DNA of 64,000 nt, taken from NCBI RefSeq assembly GCF_001194135.2, contig NC_068989.1:29693515-29757514 (forward strand), in the 5' to 3' direction. The translations under genes and the position numbers were made by a program. Below the pieces are notes generated by a model. That model saw only the letters and a program-made list of their open reading frames with translations. It ran no database searches and had not been told where the DNA came from. The DNA comes from Octopus bimaculoides (lineage: Eukaryota). Of this stretch, positions 39,989-53,910 are shown one piece after another (within the stretch, counting starts at the first letter, position 1; each line of letters begins with the position of its first letter).

Positions 39989-40904
39989 TTGGGTCATCCC
40001 ATAAATAATGTGGGTTTTTTTTTATACTTCATTATTTTTCAAAATTAAGATAAACCAAGTTCTTTTTTAATCTAAAATATACTCTCCATCATTTTCTACA
40101 ATGATCTTCCATCTATCTGGTAAACTTGCAAGGCCCCTCTTCCAAAATTCACTTGTCCACGATGGAAAATACTCCTCCAGTACTATTCTGACCTTGTCTA
40201 CAGAATTCATATTTTTTCTGTCCAAATGATTTTGAAAACTCTGGAATAAATGATAATCAGATGGGGCAATGTCTGGCGAATATGGTGGGTGAAGCATCGT
40301 CTCCCATTCAAACTGCTCCATCCTTTGGAATGTCATCCTCACTGTATGTGGCCAAACATAATCCTGAAGGAAGAACGCCTTTCATCTTGAAACTAAATAT
40401 GGTCGTTTTCCGATGGCACGTGGGTGTCGATGAATAGTTGAATGACCAAATCCAAGCTTCTGTGCTAGTTCCTCAACAGTTACAATAGGATTTTGTTCCA
40501 TCAGAGTTTGCAGGACATCCTTGTTGAGCTCTACAGATCTTCCAGGATGAGGCTCATCTTCTAGACTGTAGTTTCTGGCTCGGAAATTCTGGAACCACTG
40601 TTGACACTGGTTTATGCTTCTTGTCTGATCCCCATATACTGCATTAATATTCCTCACACTTGTTGCCTTTATTGAACTAATAAAGTAAAATATGCCGAAT
40701 ATGCTTCTTTGTTACTTTCATTATAGCTTTAAAAAAATAACTGTTAAAATCGAACTGCATTCTTCAAAATTTTCACTAAGAATAAGCATGAGTTAAAATT
40801 ACTACCTGCTTTTATAGCAAGTTGATGCAGGTAGTATATCCTGTCCCCCTCCAACTTTTAGTTCATGCAATTGAAAATACCGCATTATTTATGGGATGAC
40901 CCAA
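39989..40904 (-). mobile_element. Mariner transposon, internally deleted (916 bp)
   Basis: TA TSD and TIR TTGGGTCATCCCATAAATAATG. Transposase MKVTKKHIRHILLY (ATG at 40721) ... SLEDEPHPGRS ... HPPYSPDIAPSDYHLF. Confidence 0.95.
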
Positions 40905-43900
40905 TACATTAGTCTTTTTGGTGGACAATTGTAAATAGTCCTTTTTAGAACATTGTCACATGTTGACATGAAGATAAAGATAATTGATAACAATGCTCAA
41001 AGTAGAAGTGGTAAATGTATAACAAGGAATATAGTTTTCAAAGATGCTCTCTCCTAAGGTTACACTTACAGTACTACTTTACCTCATCACAAGACTGACA
41101 CACTTCAGAAAAATTACAATTTTAAAAGAAATGTATTTCATGGTTCATTATAAACTTCCAACAACCTTATAGTTTTCAAAATAACAGTAAAATATCCACA
41201 GATACAGCTGGTATAGAATAAATGTACACACAAAAACTATTACATTTACTTTTTATTATTTCTTAATGGTATAATCTTCTGTGAAGTGTTGAAACCAACA
41301 ATAGATTTATGACATTTGAGGAATGAAAATAAAACTGTAGTCTTCTGTTACAGGCATTCTCGATTTTCAGATACCACACAATTTTTTGTAGTTTGCTAGA
41401 TCAACTGCAACAGCTTATAAATAAAATGCTGATATACACTATCTGTTTCAATAACATAATAGCAATGTTTGCACAAACAATTGCACACGACTGTCAGTAA
41501 TGATTACATAAGAACATTCTGGAAACAGTTATGCTACAAACTTCTGAGATTTACTTACAATAACAATGAACAGTTTTATTTCTTCAGCAACACTGAATAA
41601 TAAAATCATTCTTTATCTATTGTCATAACTTCCACCGGAAAATATTCAGTTTTTAACCTTAAAATGTTAAAGTATTTTAAAGGTTGCATTTCAGGTTTGA
41701 TTTAAATGATTTCATTCTAAAATTAGTAATTAATAGTACTTAGGATTTAATTCAAGACACAATTTGTTTCAAACAAAAGAAACAAAATTGTATGATTCAA
41801 TGACTAACTGACCCTTCATAATTATTTTTGCAATTGTAAGTTGTTAAAGGCAGAAGAAAGCCATAGAAGATGCTCCAAATTTAAACCTCAGTGATCTCAT
41901 TAAAGTTATATTTGTCTTTTATCTCTCTGATGAGTTGATAAAATAAATACCAATAGAATAATTATGCTTAGACAATAGATCGCCCTACCTCTGCTCACAA
42001 AATATATTGTGTACCTGGCTGATAAAGTACAATCATTGCTTTCTGAAAATTATTTGGTGATTAGAAAAAATTGAGAGACTAACACAGAAAACACAGCTGC
42101 ACATGGTTCACTTAATTTTTATCCATTTTAGCTTTACATGCTTAGATTAATATACACAAGCAACCCATTGTTTCTTTCATCTAGTCTCAAAACAAATTTT
42201 TTTAATGTTTAGTGAATGGAGGCAGCTATTTATCAGAATTTCTATCTCCACTCTTTATAGTATGGTGCATTTTTCATGCTGGCATAGTTTGAAAGGATCT
42301 GGCAGATCAAAAGAATGTGCTAGGCTCTACTGTCTACTTTGGTATGGTTTTTACAGCTAGATGCCCTTCCAACAACTTAGCATAGACTGGGTGCTTTTTA
42401 CATGCCACCAGCAGCAGTAAGGTTACCAAATAATTTATAAGAAAATACATCCTTAACAGAAGGAGAGGGTAATATTGAGAAAGGTGGCTTTGTGCCAAAT
42501 GGGAGGAGTATGAATAGAAGGACAGAAACAGATGTCTTGCAGTAAAGAAGATACATGGCTACCTCAGTAGGAGAGAGGGGGGAAACAGATGGGGAAAGAG
42601 AAGAAGGGAAAAGGGGAAGAGAGGAAAGGAGAGGGGGAAGAGAAGGGAAGAGAGGAAAGGAGAGAAGGTGAAAGCTATTAAACACAGAAAAAGAACAAGC
42701 CCATTGATGGGATTTTAATTATATATCTATAGGAATATGCAATAAAATGTCCAATATCAGCTTAACAAGCTAGAGGATTGTAAAGAGCTAAAGTCAATCA
42801 TATAGTCATACAATATAAAAAAAAACTTATCTACAATATGTGACAATCCATAAAGTATACAAATGCACTAGTGTAATCTTATAATCAGGGTAGTTAATAA
42901 TAAAATCAGAAGTGAACATCAATCAACTCAAATCCTTTTATGGAATTAAAAACAAATACAAAATGTAGACAGCAACAACACATTGGTAATCTTTGCCAAT
43001 AGGGATGAAAGTGAAATATTTTTCTTCAACAACATTGTCATAGTCATTATAATCATTCTACTCCCCAACCCATGTCAAATTTTACTACTCTATTTATAGA
43101 CTGATCATGCTAGTCTTGTACTTCTTAATCATTTAATTGCCCACATTATCACAGCAGTATCTCCAACTCTAAACACTTTTCAATTTGACATATTCACTTC
43201 TAAACTCAGCAACTGTTAATCACAGTATTTGATCAATCACAATAATCCTTTTCCCCAACATGTCCATACTACTTTATTCTTGCTTGCAGTCATCCAAACT
43301 TTAGAAATATTCTTAGTCCTAAATTTTTCTTTCTATCACTTAATCACCATCATCATCCCAATATCTATATGCTAGTATGCACTGCCAATCTTTTCAGTCC
43401 TCCATCCATCTGTGAGGCCAAACATCCTAAAATTTAGCCTCACCCTTTCTTTCTATGACTTCCTTGATCTTCTGCAACAGATATGTTTTGCAGTCAGCAC
43501 ACATTACTTTTTCAACTACCAGATGTCATCCATATTGTACATGTCTGGACCAACATACCCATCAGTTCCTGCAGGAATTGGCAGATGCTTTTAATGTTCA
43601 ACTGCTCTCTTAACATTATCTTTATATTGCTCTTAATGCAAATATGACCATCTTTAGCTTCTACTCTTCTAAGCAAGTTTTATACAGTGTCTTTTGCTTA
43701 ACTTCAACTATTTCTTGTTCTGTCGACCATTCTTTTATTTAAGTCATTTCCAGCTAGGAAATTAAAACTATTACATCAAGGTAGCCATCTAATTGGTTCA
43801 TTGAATTTGTTTCATAGACAAAAAAATCCGATATTACTTCTAATTCCTATAAAGGATGACAAGCAGTCTGAATATGGTTCAACCATCACAATTATCATAA

Positions 43901-44664
43901 TTATTTCTAATTTAGGTACAAAGCCAGTAATTTTGAGGAGAGGGTGTTAGTCTCCAATATTTAACCTATACTTTATTTTATGGATCCTGCAGGAATGAAA
44001 GGCAAAGTTGATTCCGACAGGAATTCAGCTCAGAATGTAAATAGTCAGAAGAAATGCAGAATGGTATTTTGTTTGATGCTTCAACAATTCTGCCAGCTCA
44101 TCATTATAATCATTAATATTAATCATTTTAATGTGTGTTTTTCTAGGATGGCATGAATAGATCAACTTGTAGAAGGTTATAAACTGTTCAGAACAATGCT
44201 TCTAGCTCATGAAAATGTTTCACTTTTGTTTTAGTAATATCATAGATGTTTGGCTATTTAAAAATCAAAAACTACAAAGTCTTACGTTTGTAAAGTTTGA
44301 AAGTTTGCCTGTAGTCCTCCTTGAAAAAAAAAAAAAAAAAGAGTGTAACATTGTGTTTCCTTGATATTTGTGGTGACTGGCTTCATGAATGAAGACTGTC
44401 TCATCCACTGCAGAATAATTTCAAAAAATCATTATTCATGCAAGTAATAAGAATTCTGGTATATGGATGACACCTATGACTGAAAGATTGTTGAGAAGTA
44501 GAGAGTAATATCATCTGCTTAAAAAAAAATCTATGTTAGAAATTACAGCAAGAAGAAACACCATTGGTAATAAAACTTAATTCTGAAACACCACCAAAGT
44601 AACAGAATTCAGTTGAGAAAGAATACTTTCATTACTTACTATGGTGAAGTGAAGTGGTGTGTAT

Positions 44665-44696
44665 ATGTGTGTGTGTGAGAGAGAGGGGGGAGAGGG

Positions 44697-44752
<56 letters not shown>

Positions 44753-44766
44753 NNNNNNNNNNAAGA

Positions 44767-44846
<80 letters not shown>
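44665..44846. repeat. (GA)n microsatellite changing to (GAGAGAGAAA)n across a small gap
   Basis: Directly visible. Confidence 0.9.
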
Positions 44847-45214
44847 CCATACGTAAATAACTTTGCCAGGAAATTTTCATGCCAGATAGTCATAACTTTC
44901 CATGAGATAAACATTATTCATGTCCAACATAATATAAGTAGATCTCGAGTAGATCTGGCTCAAAAGAAACTGAATAGGAAGTTGTTTACAACAGTCTCCA
45001 TCACCTTTGAGATGTAAGTTAACTGATTAGCTGATGGGATAAGATATTGTTTTCCATTACAATCAAATAGTCATGTTTTCATGACAAATATTCAGAGTGA
45101 CAGGGACAAACTGGAGTGTTTATTGAAGATAGGAACAAGCGGCAAATTTGTAAGTACAGTTAAAAGATAACAAAATTAGAAGGTAACCACCATGCTGGGA
45201 TGAAAGATTTGGAG

Positions 45215-45400
45215 TTTTCAATTAGCATGCCAGACAAAATGCTAAGTGGCATTTTTTCTGTCTTTATGTTCTGAGTTCAAATTTTACCAAGGCTGAATTT
45301 GCCTTTCATACTTTCAAGGTCGATAAAATAAGTCGCAGTTGAGCACTGGGGTCAGTGTAATCAACTAGCGCCTCCCACAAAATTTCAAGCCTTGGGGATA
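45215..45400 (+). mobile_element. tRNA-derived SINE family B
   Basis: TTAGCATGCCAGACAAAATGCTAAGTGGCATT...TTCTGAGTTCAAATT...GTCGATAAAATAAGT...GCACTGGGGTC, the same as the copies at 46645-49248 and 50490-50715. Confidence 0.75.
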
Positions 45401-46644
45401 TAATGTACTATGACTGTGTTTGTCCCCCATCACTGCTTGAAAACTGGTGTTGCTGTGTTTATGTTCACATAACTTAGCAGTTTGGTAAAAGAGGCCAATA
45501 AAAAAGTACCAGGCATAAAAAAGAAAGAACTGGTGTTGATTTCCTCAAGGTGGTGCCCCAGTGTAGCAGCAGTCGGATGATTGAAAAAAATAAAAGAACC
45601 ACCAAATTCCTTAGTAAAACTTAAAGTTAAAGGAGATAACTCTTGTACCTCTCAATTGCATTACCTGCCAGAAATAGCAACCCAAATACTTTTAAATCAG
45701 ATCTCAATGCTGGATATTCAAGAACCAAATGGAGGGCAGATTTTCAATCCTGGGATCATCCTGATTCCAAAAAGGTATAATATGTCTATGTAGAGCAAAT
45801 ATAGACAGATATAGGAGTCCCAGACAGACAATTTCGCTTTTAATAATACAGATGCTATTTGAGCATTTTCAGATTTCTATTCAGTACAGCAGAAATTGCA
45901 ATCATAGCAATGGTTGCAATCCATCATGAGGATTAACATATTTAACAATACCCCATGATAAACAATAATCAATATTGTTTCCTTTAAATTCCCAGATTTT
46001 TGCAGTGACAGATGTTGATTTCATTGTATCTCTCTTCCAAAATATTTGGAGGTGATATCTTCTTGGTTTAAAATTTCAAGTCATAGTACCTATGTAAATG
46101 AAAGTTAGTAGGTTCATTTGTGTTATACTGATATACAATATTTTTAATTAAGCATTTGTCAAGCAGGCACTCAATTGTTTTTCTTACACTTGCATGCAAG
46201 TTAGTTAACTTGGGAAGGGGAATCAGGCAGGATACAGAGTCAGTGGTGGTGAGTGAAATGTGTAATTTTTTAAAACTAAATTTTTTTCCTCTATTATTTA
46301 GCCCGTATATAATGCTTTTACATGATTAGTTGAAGGGGAGGGCGAAGAGCAAAAGAAAAAAGAGAAAAAAAAAGAGGGTAAGGCAAAGAGTGAGAGTGCT
46401 ATGTATTAAGTCTATAAAATTGTGCATAAAGTATATAAAGTGTATATATATAAGGTGCATTAAATAACCATTGGATTCCAATTTCCTTCACTTTTCAATG
46501 ATTAGCAGATGAGCAACTATCTTTTGATAGATACAACACAGATTATGCTTTCAGGTTTTTTGGATAATGTTTTCAGAAATAGCCCAATAAGTTTGCCATT
46601 GATTCCATGAAATATTCACAGGTCCCACTTGTTATTATTATAAA

Positions 46645-49248
46645 GTAAGCTGGCAGAATCGTTTGCATGCTGGGCACAATGCTTAGTAGCATTTTGTCCA
46701 TCTTTATAGTCCGAGTTCAAATTCCAGAGATTGACTTTGCCTTTCAGAGTTGATAAAAGAACTACCAGTTGAGTACACTGGGGTTAATGTAATCAACTCC
46801 CCCCAAAACTTGCTGGCCTTGTGCCAAAATTTGATACCATGAGGCAGTGAGCTGGCAAAATCATTAACACACTGGGCAAAATGCTTAGTGGTATTTAGTC
46901 CATCATTACGTTCTGAGTTGAAATTCTGCCAAGGTTGACTTTACCTTTCATCCTTTCAGGATTGATGGAATAAGGTGCTATGGCTTTTTGTCCGACAAAA
47001 CTTCGTCAAACATCTTTTCATCCACATCTTTTTGTCTGATGACTTTTTTGTCCAACGACTTTTAGTCCAATTTTAAATAAACTCTTTAGAAAACAAGGTG
47101 AAATATCTCTAATGATATATTCACAGAACTATAATGAGCCTCATTATAAGACTGTCATTATCATTCTTTTTCCTTCTCTGTTAACAGTTTTACTTTCTTT
47201 TTTTCCTTCTCTCTCTTAAGCATAGTGCTGTGTATAGAGAGTGCTGCAAATTTAGTGTATACATTTTTAATTTACTCATCCCGAAATGACAAAGTTCATC
47301 GTATCGGCCAAAAACAAAAGAAAAGTAGTTGATGAAAGTAATTACATCTACGATTTCATTCAAGCAATACAAAACTAGGAAAAGAATACTGGAGATGTAA
47401 GAAAAGAAGGCTGTGTTCAGTGTGAATTCACACAGTAATGGAAAACAATGAGCTGAAAATTATTTATTTTTCTAGTGAGCATCTTCATCCAGCTGATGTA
47501 GATTTGTTAAATGCTAGAAAAGCAGTTGCAGAATCATGAAGTGGTGGAAAATATAGCAGCAAGTTCGCGTAGCATAATAGCAGATAAGTTTACACAGCTA
47601 ACAGAAAATACTTGCTCTCAACTCCCTCATTTGCCTGTACTTTCAAGGTGCAGACAAAAAAATTTCTGAATTTTCCGCTAATCCAGGGGTTAGAACTGGT
47701 TTTGAAATACCTGAAGAATATTGTAAACATGATAATGGCGAACAGTTTCTGAGATACAATTCATAGTAGTATTTGCATCAGAAAGTGCTCTTCAGGATAT
47801 AACATCATATTGTCATTGGGCATGTGATGGAATGTTCAAAATCATGCCAAAACAGTAGTTTCAACTGTTTAGCATTCATGTACAAGTTAAGTTAAAGGTA
47901 GCAGTTTTCCATGGGTCTTTGCATTACTGCTAAATAAAACAAAGCAGACATATGAACTATTTTTCAAGCAATTGAACATTAGGCAACCTAATGCATATCT
48001 GCTTGATCTCATGGCAGATTTCGAAGCTGTAATTCATAAGTCATTTAATTCATCATTTCCTAATTCATCTATTGTGGCATGTTTGTTTCATTTGAGCCAA
48101 TCAATATTTTGAAAAATTAGATTTAGGCCTCAAAGAAAAATACAATAAAGACTCTGAATTCTGTCTTAAAATTTGATGTTTTTCAGCATTAGCCTTCCTA
48201 CCCATTGAATATGTCAAAGAGGCTTACGAAGAATTAATAGACAATGAAGAAATACCTGCTGAATCTATTGCTTACTTCGACTTGACTTACATAGGCATTG
48301 TGAGAGGACATGGTGCTAGATGAAGGAGAGAACCATTTACATTTCCGATAGTTGTATGGAATGTTAATCAGTGTATTCTTCAAGATCTTCCAAGAACAAA
48401 TAATGTTGTGGAGGGGTTTTATTCTGCGATAAAGTATTCAGCAGGTAGAGCACATTTGAATATTTGGAAATTAATCAAAACTGTAAAGGAAGAGGAAGGG
48501 TTTGTTCAAAGTAAAATGATTCAAATTCTTCAAGGAGATCCATCAAGTTCATGTACACAATATCAAAGAATAACTGAATACCTCAAAAGATTGGTCAACA
48601 TGAAAAATTGATTTTTTGAAGAGTGTGGCATATAATTTGCATCAATTTTAAGTAATCATAATAAACCATTAATTATATCTTATTACTTTTTTAAAATGAC
48701 TTTTCTTAAAACACATTTTTCCAGTATTTTACTTGAATCCTATCAATAAAATTCTCAATGATTATTTGATTTTGATGTTCACCTTGTTTTCTAAAAAGTT
48801 TATTTAAAATTGAACAAAAAGTCATTGGACAAAAAATTCTTCGGACAAAAAGATGTCAGACCAAAAACTGTGGACGAAGTGATGTTGGACAAAGTGACAT
48901 CAGGCAAAAAGTCAGGTCATGATGAAATAAGTACCAGATGAGCACTGAGGTCAATGTAATCGACTAGCCTCCTCCCGCAAAATTTCAGGCTTTGTGCCTA
49001 TATTAGAACAGATTATTATTATTATTAAGCTGGTGAGCTGGCAGAATCATTAGAACACTAGGCAAAATGCTTAGCGGCATATCCATCTTTAAGTTCTGAG
49101 TTCAAATTCCGCTGAGGTCAACTTTGCCTTTCATCCTTTCGGGGTCGATAAAGTAAGTACCAGTGAAACACTGGGGTCATTGTAATCGACTAGTCCCCTC
49201 CCAACAAATTTGAGGCCTTATACCTCCAGTAGAAAGGATTATTATTAT
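46645..49248 (+). mobile_element. Three head-to-tail SINE family B copies, the middle one split by a MULE
   Basis: GAGCTGGCAGAATC-type heads at ~46647, ~46850 and ~49035. TTCTGAGTTCAAATTCC B-box-like motif. (TTA)n tails. Confidence 0.8.
46974..48921 (+). mobile_element. Mutator-like (MULE) transposon with FLYWCH zinc finger, degenerate
   Basis: TIRs of ~140 bp built from short TTTTGTCC units. 9-bp TSD ATGGAATAA (46965-46973) and ATGAAATAA (48922-48930). Motifs YWRCKKRRLC...EHLHP; WACDGMFK; DFEAVIHKSFNSSFPNSSIVACLFHLSQ; DLPRTNNVVEGF. Confidence 0.92.
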
Positions 49249-49299
49249 TACGTGTAACTTCTTTTGAATTCTGCATCTTTTCAATAACTTGCTGGGTGT

Positions 49300-49940
49300 C
49301 ACCCTGAAACCTGGGGCAAAATTTGGTAATATGCACATTTAACAATCAACTGACTTCCATCTGTCATCATAAGGGCATAAACAAAACAGTAAACATCTTT
49401 GAAAGTTATTTCAATGGATAATGTCCTTCTCAAGACATGTAGTGTCAGTCAACACTATTTTCTCTGTAACTCTTGCAGGGATGGCTTTCCAGGTATCTGA
49501 TCCCTTTTTTATCATTCCAAGTGCACCGGCTACCACTGGTATTGTACAGGCCTTACAATAGCTCATTTTTCCAATTTCAATTATCAGCTCCTTGTATTTA
49601 CTGAGGTTTCACAATTCTTTCCAGAAGACACTATGATCAGATTTTCTTGTGTCAATTAAAGGCATGTTTTTATTTTATGGTCCTTTACAATTATATCAGC
49701 TCTTCTGGCCGTGACCATTCTGTTGGTGTTCTGTCTTTATGCCATAAGAACTGCATATTACCCAATATAAATAAATATTGCCCTACTCTTGTCACGCTTA
49801 GTTTTATACTCCTGGAGGGTATAAAAATCAACACTTTGGATCAGTGCCATTTCTGATGACACTGGCTTGAAAGCTGAGCATTGAAAAATACTGGTCTTGT
49901 GCAGGCAAAATGAAGCCCTCACTCTCTGCTCATGAAATAT
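49300..49940 (-). mobile_element. 3' fragment of an RLE-type (R4/Dong-like) non-LTR element
   Basis: VTARRADIIVKDHKIKTCL.ID...KYKELIIEIGKM...IPVVAGALGMIKKG resembles the PD..D...K restriction-like endonuclease C-terminus. Confidence 0.75.
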
Positions 49941-50489
49941 ATTTTGAAGTTACTTTTTATTTCTTAATCACTTCTGTCCTTTTCTGTCATTATTATTATT
50001 ATTGTTGTTGTTGCTGCTAATATTATCATTATTATTATTGCCTACCACTACTTTTGTTAAAGCACTGCATATCATGAATGTTCGGAAAATCAGTTTCAGT
50101 CGTAGCAGTTTTACATGAGCTACTATAGGCATGACTAGTAGAGTAAGGTCTAACAGAGTGTGTTTGGGTTATACTCATGCCTGAATCAATGCTATTATTA
50201 CTAAGGAAGTGTTTATTAATTTAGATATGATCAATAGTAGTGATATTATTGGCTAAATTTGGTGCAATAGAAAAAGAGATCTTAATAGGATGCGTATTAA
50301 AGATTCTTCTATATTTACTAGAAGGAAGAAAATGACATTCTAATGGACTAAAAAATTTCTTCAATAGTTGCATTTATTGTACCAGGAGGGTTATACCACA
50401 AAACTTTATTTTTATGTAACCAATATTGGTGTTGAGTATGATTGTCATTTTTACTGTTATTTTCCTTATCATTATTATTATTATTATTA

Positions 50490-50715
50490 TTTAGGTGACA
50501 AGCTGGTAGAATCATTAGCATACTAGACAAAATGCTTAGTGGCACTTCTGTCTTTATGTTCAGAGTACAAATTCCGCAGAGATTAACTTTTGCCTTTCAT
50601 TCTTTAAGGATTGATAAAATAAGTACCAGTCAAGTACTGGGGTCAATGTAATCAATTGACTTACTCCTAACCCTAAAATTCAGGCCTTGTGCCTATAGTA
50701 GAAAAGATCATTATT
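50490..50715 (+). mobile_element. tRNA-derived SINE family B
   Basis: AAGCTGGTAGAATCATTAGCA...GATAAAATAAGTACCAGTC...(TTA)n. Confidence 0.75.
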
Positions 50716-50869
50716 ATTATTATTGTTATTATTATTATTAATTTTATGATTATTATTATTAGTAGTAGTAGTAGTATTACACTATTACAATTACCATTAT
50801 TATTCATATTCTTCTCTTTAATCCTCTTCCCATTATTGTTTATGGCTTGTGAGGGCTGTACAAGTCATA

Positions 50870-52075
50870 CACAAAGATGCAGTAAGTAAAGTGAGTGTCA
50901 ACAATGACTTCAATGATGAATTTAACATAAAGGTAGGAACTCATCATGGTTTAGTCCTTAGTCTTCTTTTCACCATAGTTCTACAGGACATCACATGGCT
51001 GTCCATGGGAACTATATGTTGATGAAACTATAGTAGAATTAGAGAGGAAATACCAAGCATGGAAGCTAAGTCTAGGATCAAGAGACTTCAATGTAAACTT
51101 AGAAAAGGCAAAGGTTTTAGGAAGTAGGAAAGAGAACAGAACCCTGGCATCTTCTGCTTGACATGCAGACACAGAGTAAGGATAAACTCCATATGCTACA
51201 TCCAATATAAGCTACAGATACACAAAAGGTATAATGGAATCGCGGACAGAATAAAAGTAAGCTTTATATGTGACATGCACTGAAGCAGTATGTACAAGCA
51301 CACTAGAAATAGATTCTTTTATGACTCACTAGAAGTAGCTGATAGCTTTCATTACCTAGGAGATGCAATTAGTATGAGAAGTGGTTGCTCTGAAAATATA
51401 GTAGCCAGGTTAACAACAGGTTGGAGTAAGTTCAGGGAGCTACAATTGTTGTGAGCAACAAAAGTGTTTTCCTTCAGAGTAAAAGGTGAAAGGTAGACTG
51501 TATGACACACGTGTTAGAATTGTGATACTTCAAGATGAGCCAACAGCAACGGCAGTATGTAGCTAAAAGTAAACAAGAGAAAACCTTCAATGGGGTCCCT
51601 CCATTGTCATCTGATGGTGACTGAGGAAGCTTGTGGTCAAATTGCCTGTAAGAGTTTTATGTACTGCTAACAGAGGTGCTGTCTGCAAGGTGAGAATTAG
51701 TACTGGGTATAGAAGATAGAGGTTCATCATGGCTCAGTTCTTTATCCCTTCCTATTCATCATAGTTCTCCAGGCTATAACAGAAGTTAAGACTAGATGAT
51801 CATGGGAACTCCTACAAGCTTATGTTCATATAGCTGCATCAGTAGAATTAAAAGAGAAATTCCTTGTGTGAATTGGAGTCAAAAGGCTTCAAAGTTAACT
51901 TGGCAAAGATTAAAAGTTTAGTAAGTAGGAAAATAATAGAGAGGACTACTTCCAAGAAGGAAATGGAATTGTTTGATATACAGAAAAGGAGTACATAGAA
52001 ATTCCATGCAGTGTACCCAGTGCAGACTATAGACACGCAAGAGGTGCAGAGCTGAAGACCTGCCCATCACAGTGA
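50870..52075 (+). mobile_element. Two highly decayed RTE RT fragments
   Basis: Remnants of GVHQGSVLSP and WELLY and of the Cys-rich segment, at 50870-51540 and 51690-52075. Confidence 0.65.
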
Positions 52076-52129
52076 AGCTGAGGTTCTGGAAACATAATGT
52101 GTATGTAAACAACTGGGCCCCTTGCCCAA

Positions 52130-53910
52130 TTTTTCCCTGTTAAGTTTTCCCAACCCCTTCATTTCCTTATCACTCTTCTGCTGCAGAACTACACATTTCA
52201 TCTCTTTCTGTGTTACCAGTTATCTTACCCTCTTCATGAATCACTTTCTTTTGATGCCCATTCCTCATTCTTAACATTATATTTTCTATTGGTCACCCTG
52301 CCTGTACTCCTGGTTATCTTTCTCCATCTTCTGAATCACTTTCTATTGACACTTATACCACATTCTTACACTATCTCATATCTACCATCAACCACTTCCA
52401 CCATTATTCACCATTCAGTACATTCACCCTTATGTACCTCCGACCATTTCTATCCCTATCACTGTGTCTCTCTCACTCTTGCAATTTTTACTCACCCACC
52501 AGCACCTGTGATCTCCTTATCTCTCACCCTTCCCCCCATCTACTGTATTGGTATTATTCTGCTCCTTTCTACCTTTTCCATACTACTTCTATTGATATCC
52601 ATCCCTCATTCTTATCACCTTCCCATCAACTCATATTTCCCATCAACTCATATTCCCCATCAACAACCTCTCCCTTCCAACTTTATTCTCCATTCACTAC
52701 ATTCACCCTTACCCAATTTATAACCATCTCTATCCCTTTGCACACACACATACACATTCTTTCAACCTTCATCCAGCTATTCTTGATCTTCTGTCCTCAC
52801 ATTCTCTTCTATTCACGTTCATGTACCTTAAAGGTACACCATCATCTTGCTTTCCAGTACTACCCTAATTACTCTCACCTACCCTGCAGCAAGAAACCTG
52901 TTACTGTCCTTCTGTCATACTTTAGCTTCTCAATACAGAGCATAAAACCACTTCCCTCTCTACTATATCTCACTCAACCAAGAAGGCTCTTCCATAGCAA
53001 CTTCACAAGTTCTGATGCCATGAAAGCATCTGTGTAAAATGGCTGGTGTTAAGAAGGGCATTCAACTGTAGAAACCATGCCAGAGTAGACATTGCAGCAT
53101 AAAGCAGTCCTCTCATTGAATACATGCCATCCAGTATATGCCTGCTTGGAAGATAGACATTAAATGATGACACATTGATCACCTCCCTGAGTCACCAAAT
53201 AATCTCTCAGTCTCTACCATCTTACACTATTCACTATACCCGTCTTTCCACACATCATTTCTTCTCACATTCTTCTTCTATTTACTGTATCATAATTATG
53301 ATTCTGCTGCTTTTCAACTCACCCTTTCTTTCTATACTATCAGCCATCTACTCTCCCAACTTAAGTATCACTAGTTAACCTCTATCCAGCATTCCTTACA
53401 TCCACTCCTCAACCTCAATGTCCCCTACTCTTTCCAACTGTCTCCATCTATCATCCCTCAGCACTTGTTTATTATATTCACTCTCACCCATTCCCCATCT
53501 CCACCCCCCCCACCCCCAATACTTTGCAACCTCTACCCACCCACACTCCTGTTCTCCTATCTACTTCTTATCACCTGTCTTTTATCTCTTTCCAGCTTCG
53601 CCTTGGCCATTCCCACATTTTCTGCTATAATGTGAGTAGCCCTGTAGCTCCTCTACAGCAACAAACCTGTTCAACTCAGTCCCCTTCTGTCACACTTTAA
53701 CCTTCATAACCTAATATAAAGCTGCCTCCCTCTCTACTGTAGCCCTATTCAGTCAAAGTCTTGCAAAATTACTAAAGTCATGCAAGCTGCATGGCAACCT
53801 CACTAGTGCTGGCACATAGTACATGGGAGTATGATGCAGGCCTCTGACCTGTTGGATCCTATCAAACTGCCCAACCTATGCCAGCATAGAACATGGATGT
53901 TAAATGATTG
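52130..53910 (+). mobile_element. Two tandem pyrimidine-rich repeats, each ending in an RTE-type tail
   Basis: Tails at ~53040-53170 (AAGAAGGGCATTCAACTG...TTAAATGATGAC) and ~53870-53910 (CCAACCTATGCCAGCATAG...TTAAATGAT). Confidence 0.55.

Noticed and set aside
44632-44914. ER/SL-rich ORFs, and similar HT-rich ORFs at 8873, 20189 and 34822
   Set aside because: Translations of microsatellites.
52289-53630. Several 67-201 aa ORFs
   Set aside because: Low-complexity pyrimidine-rich repeat that is stop-poor by composition, with no domain motifs.
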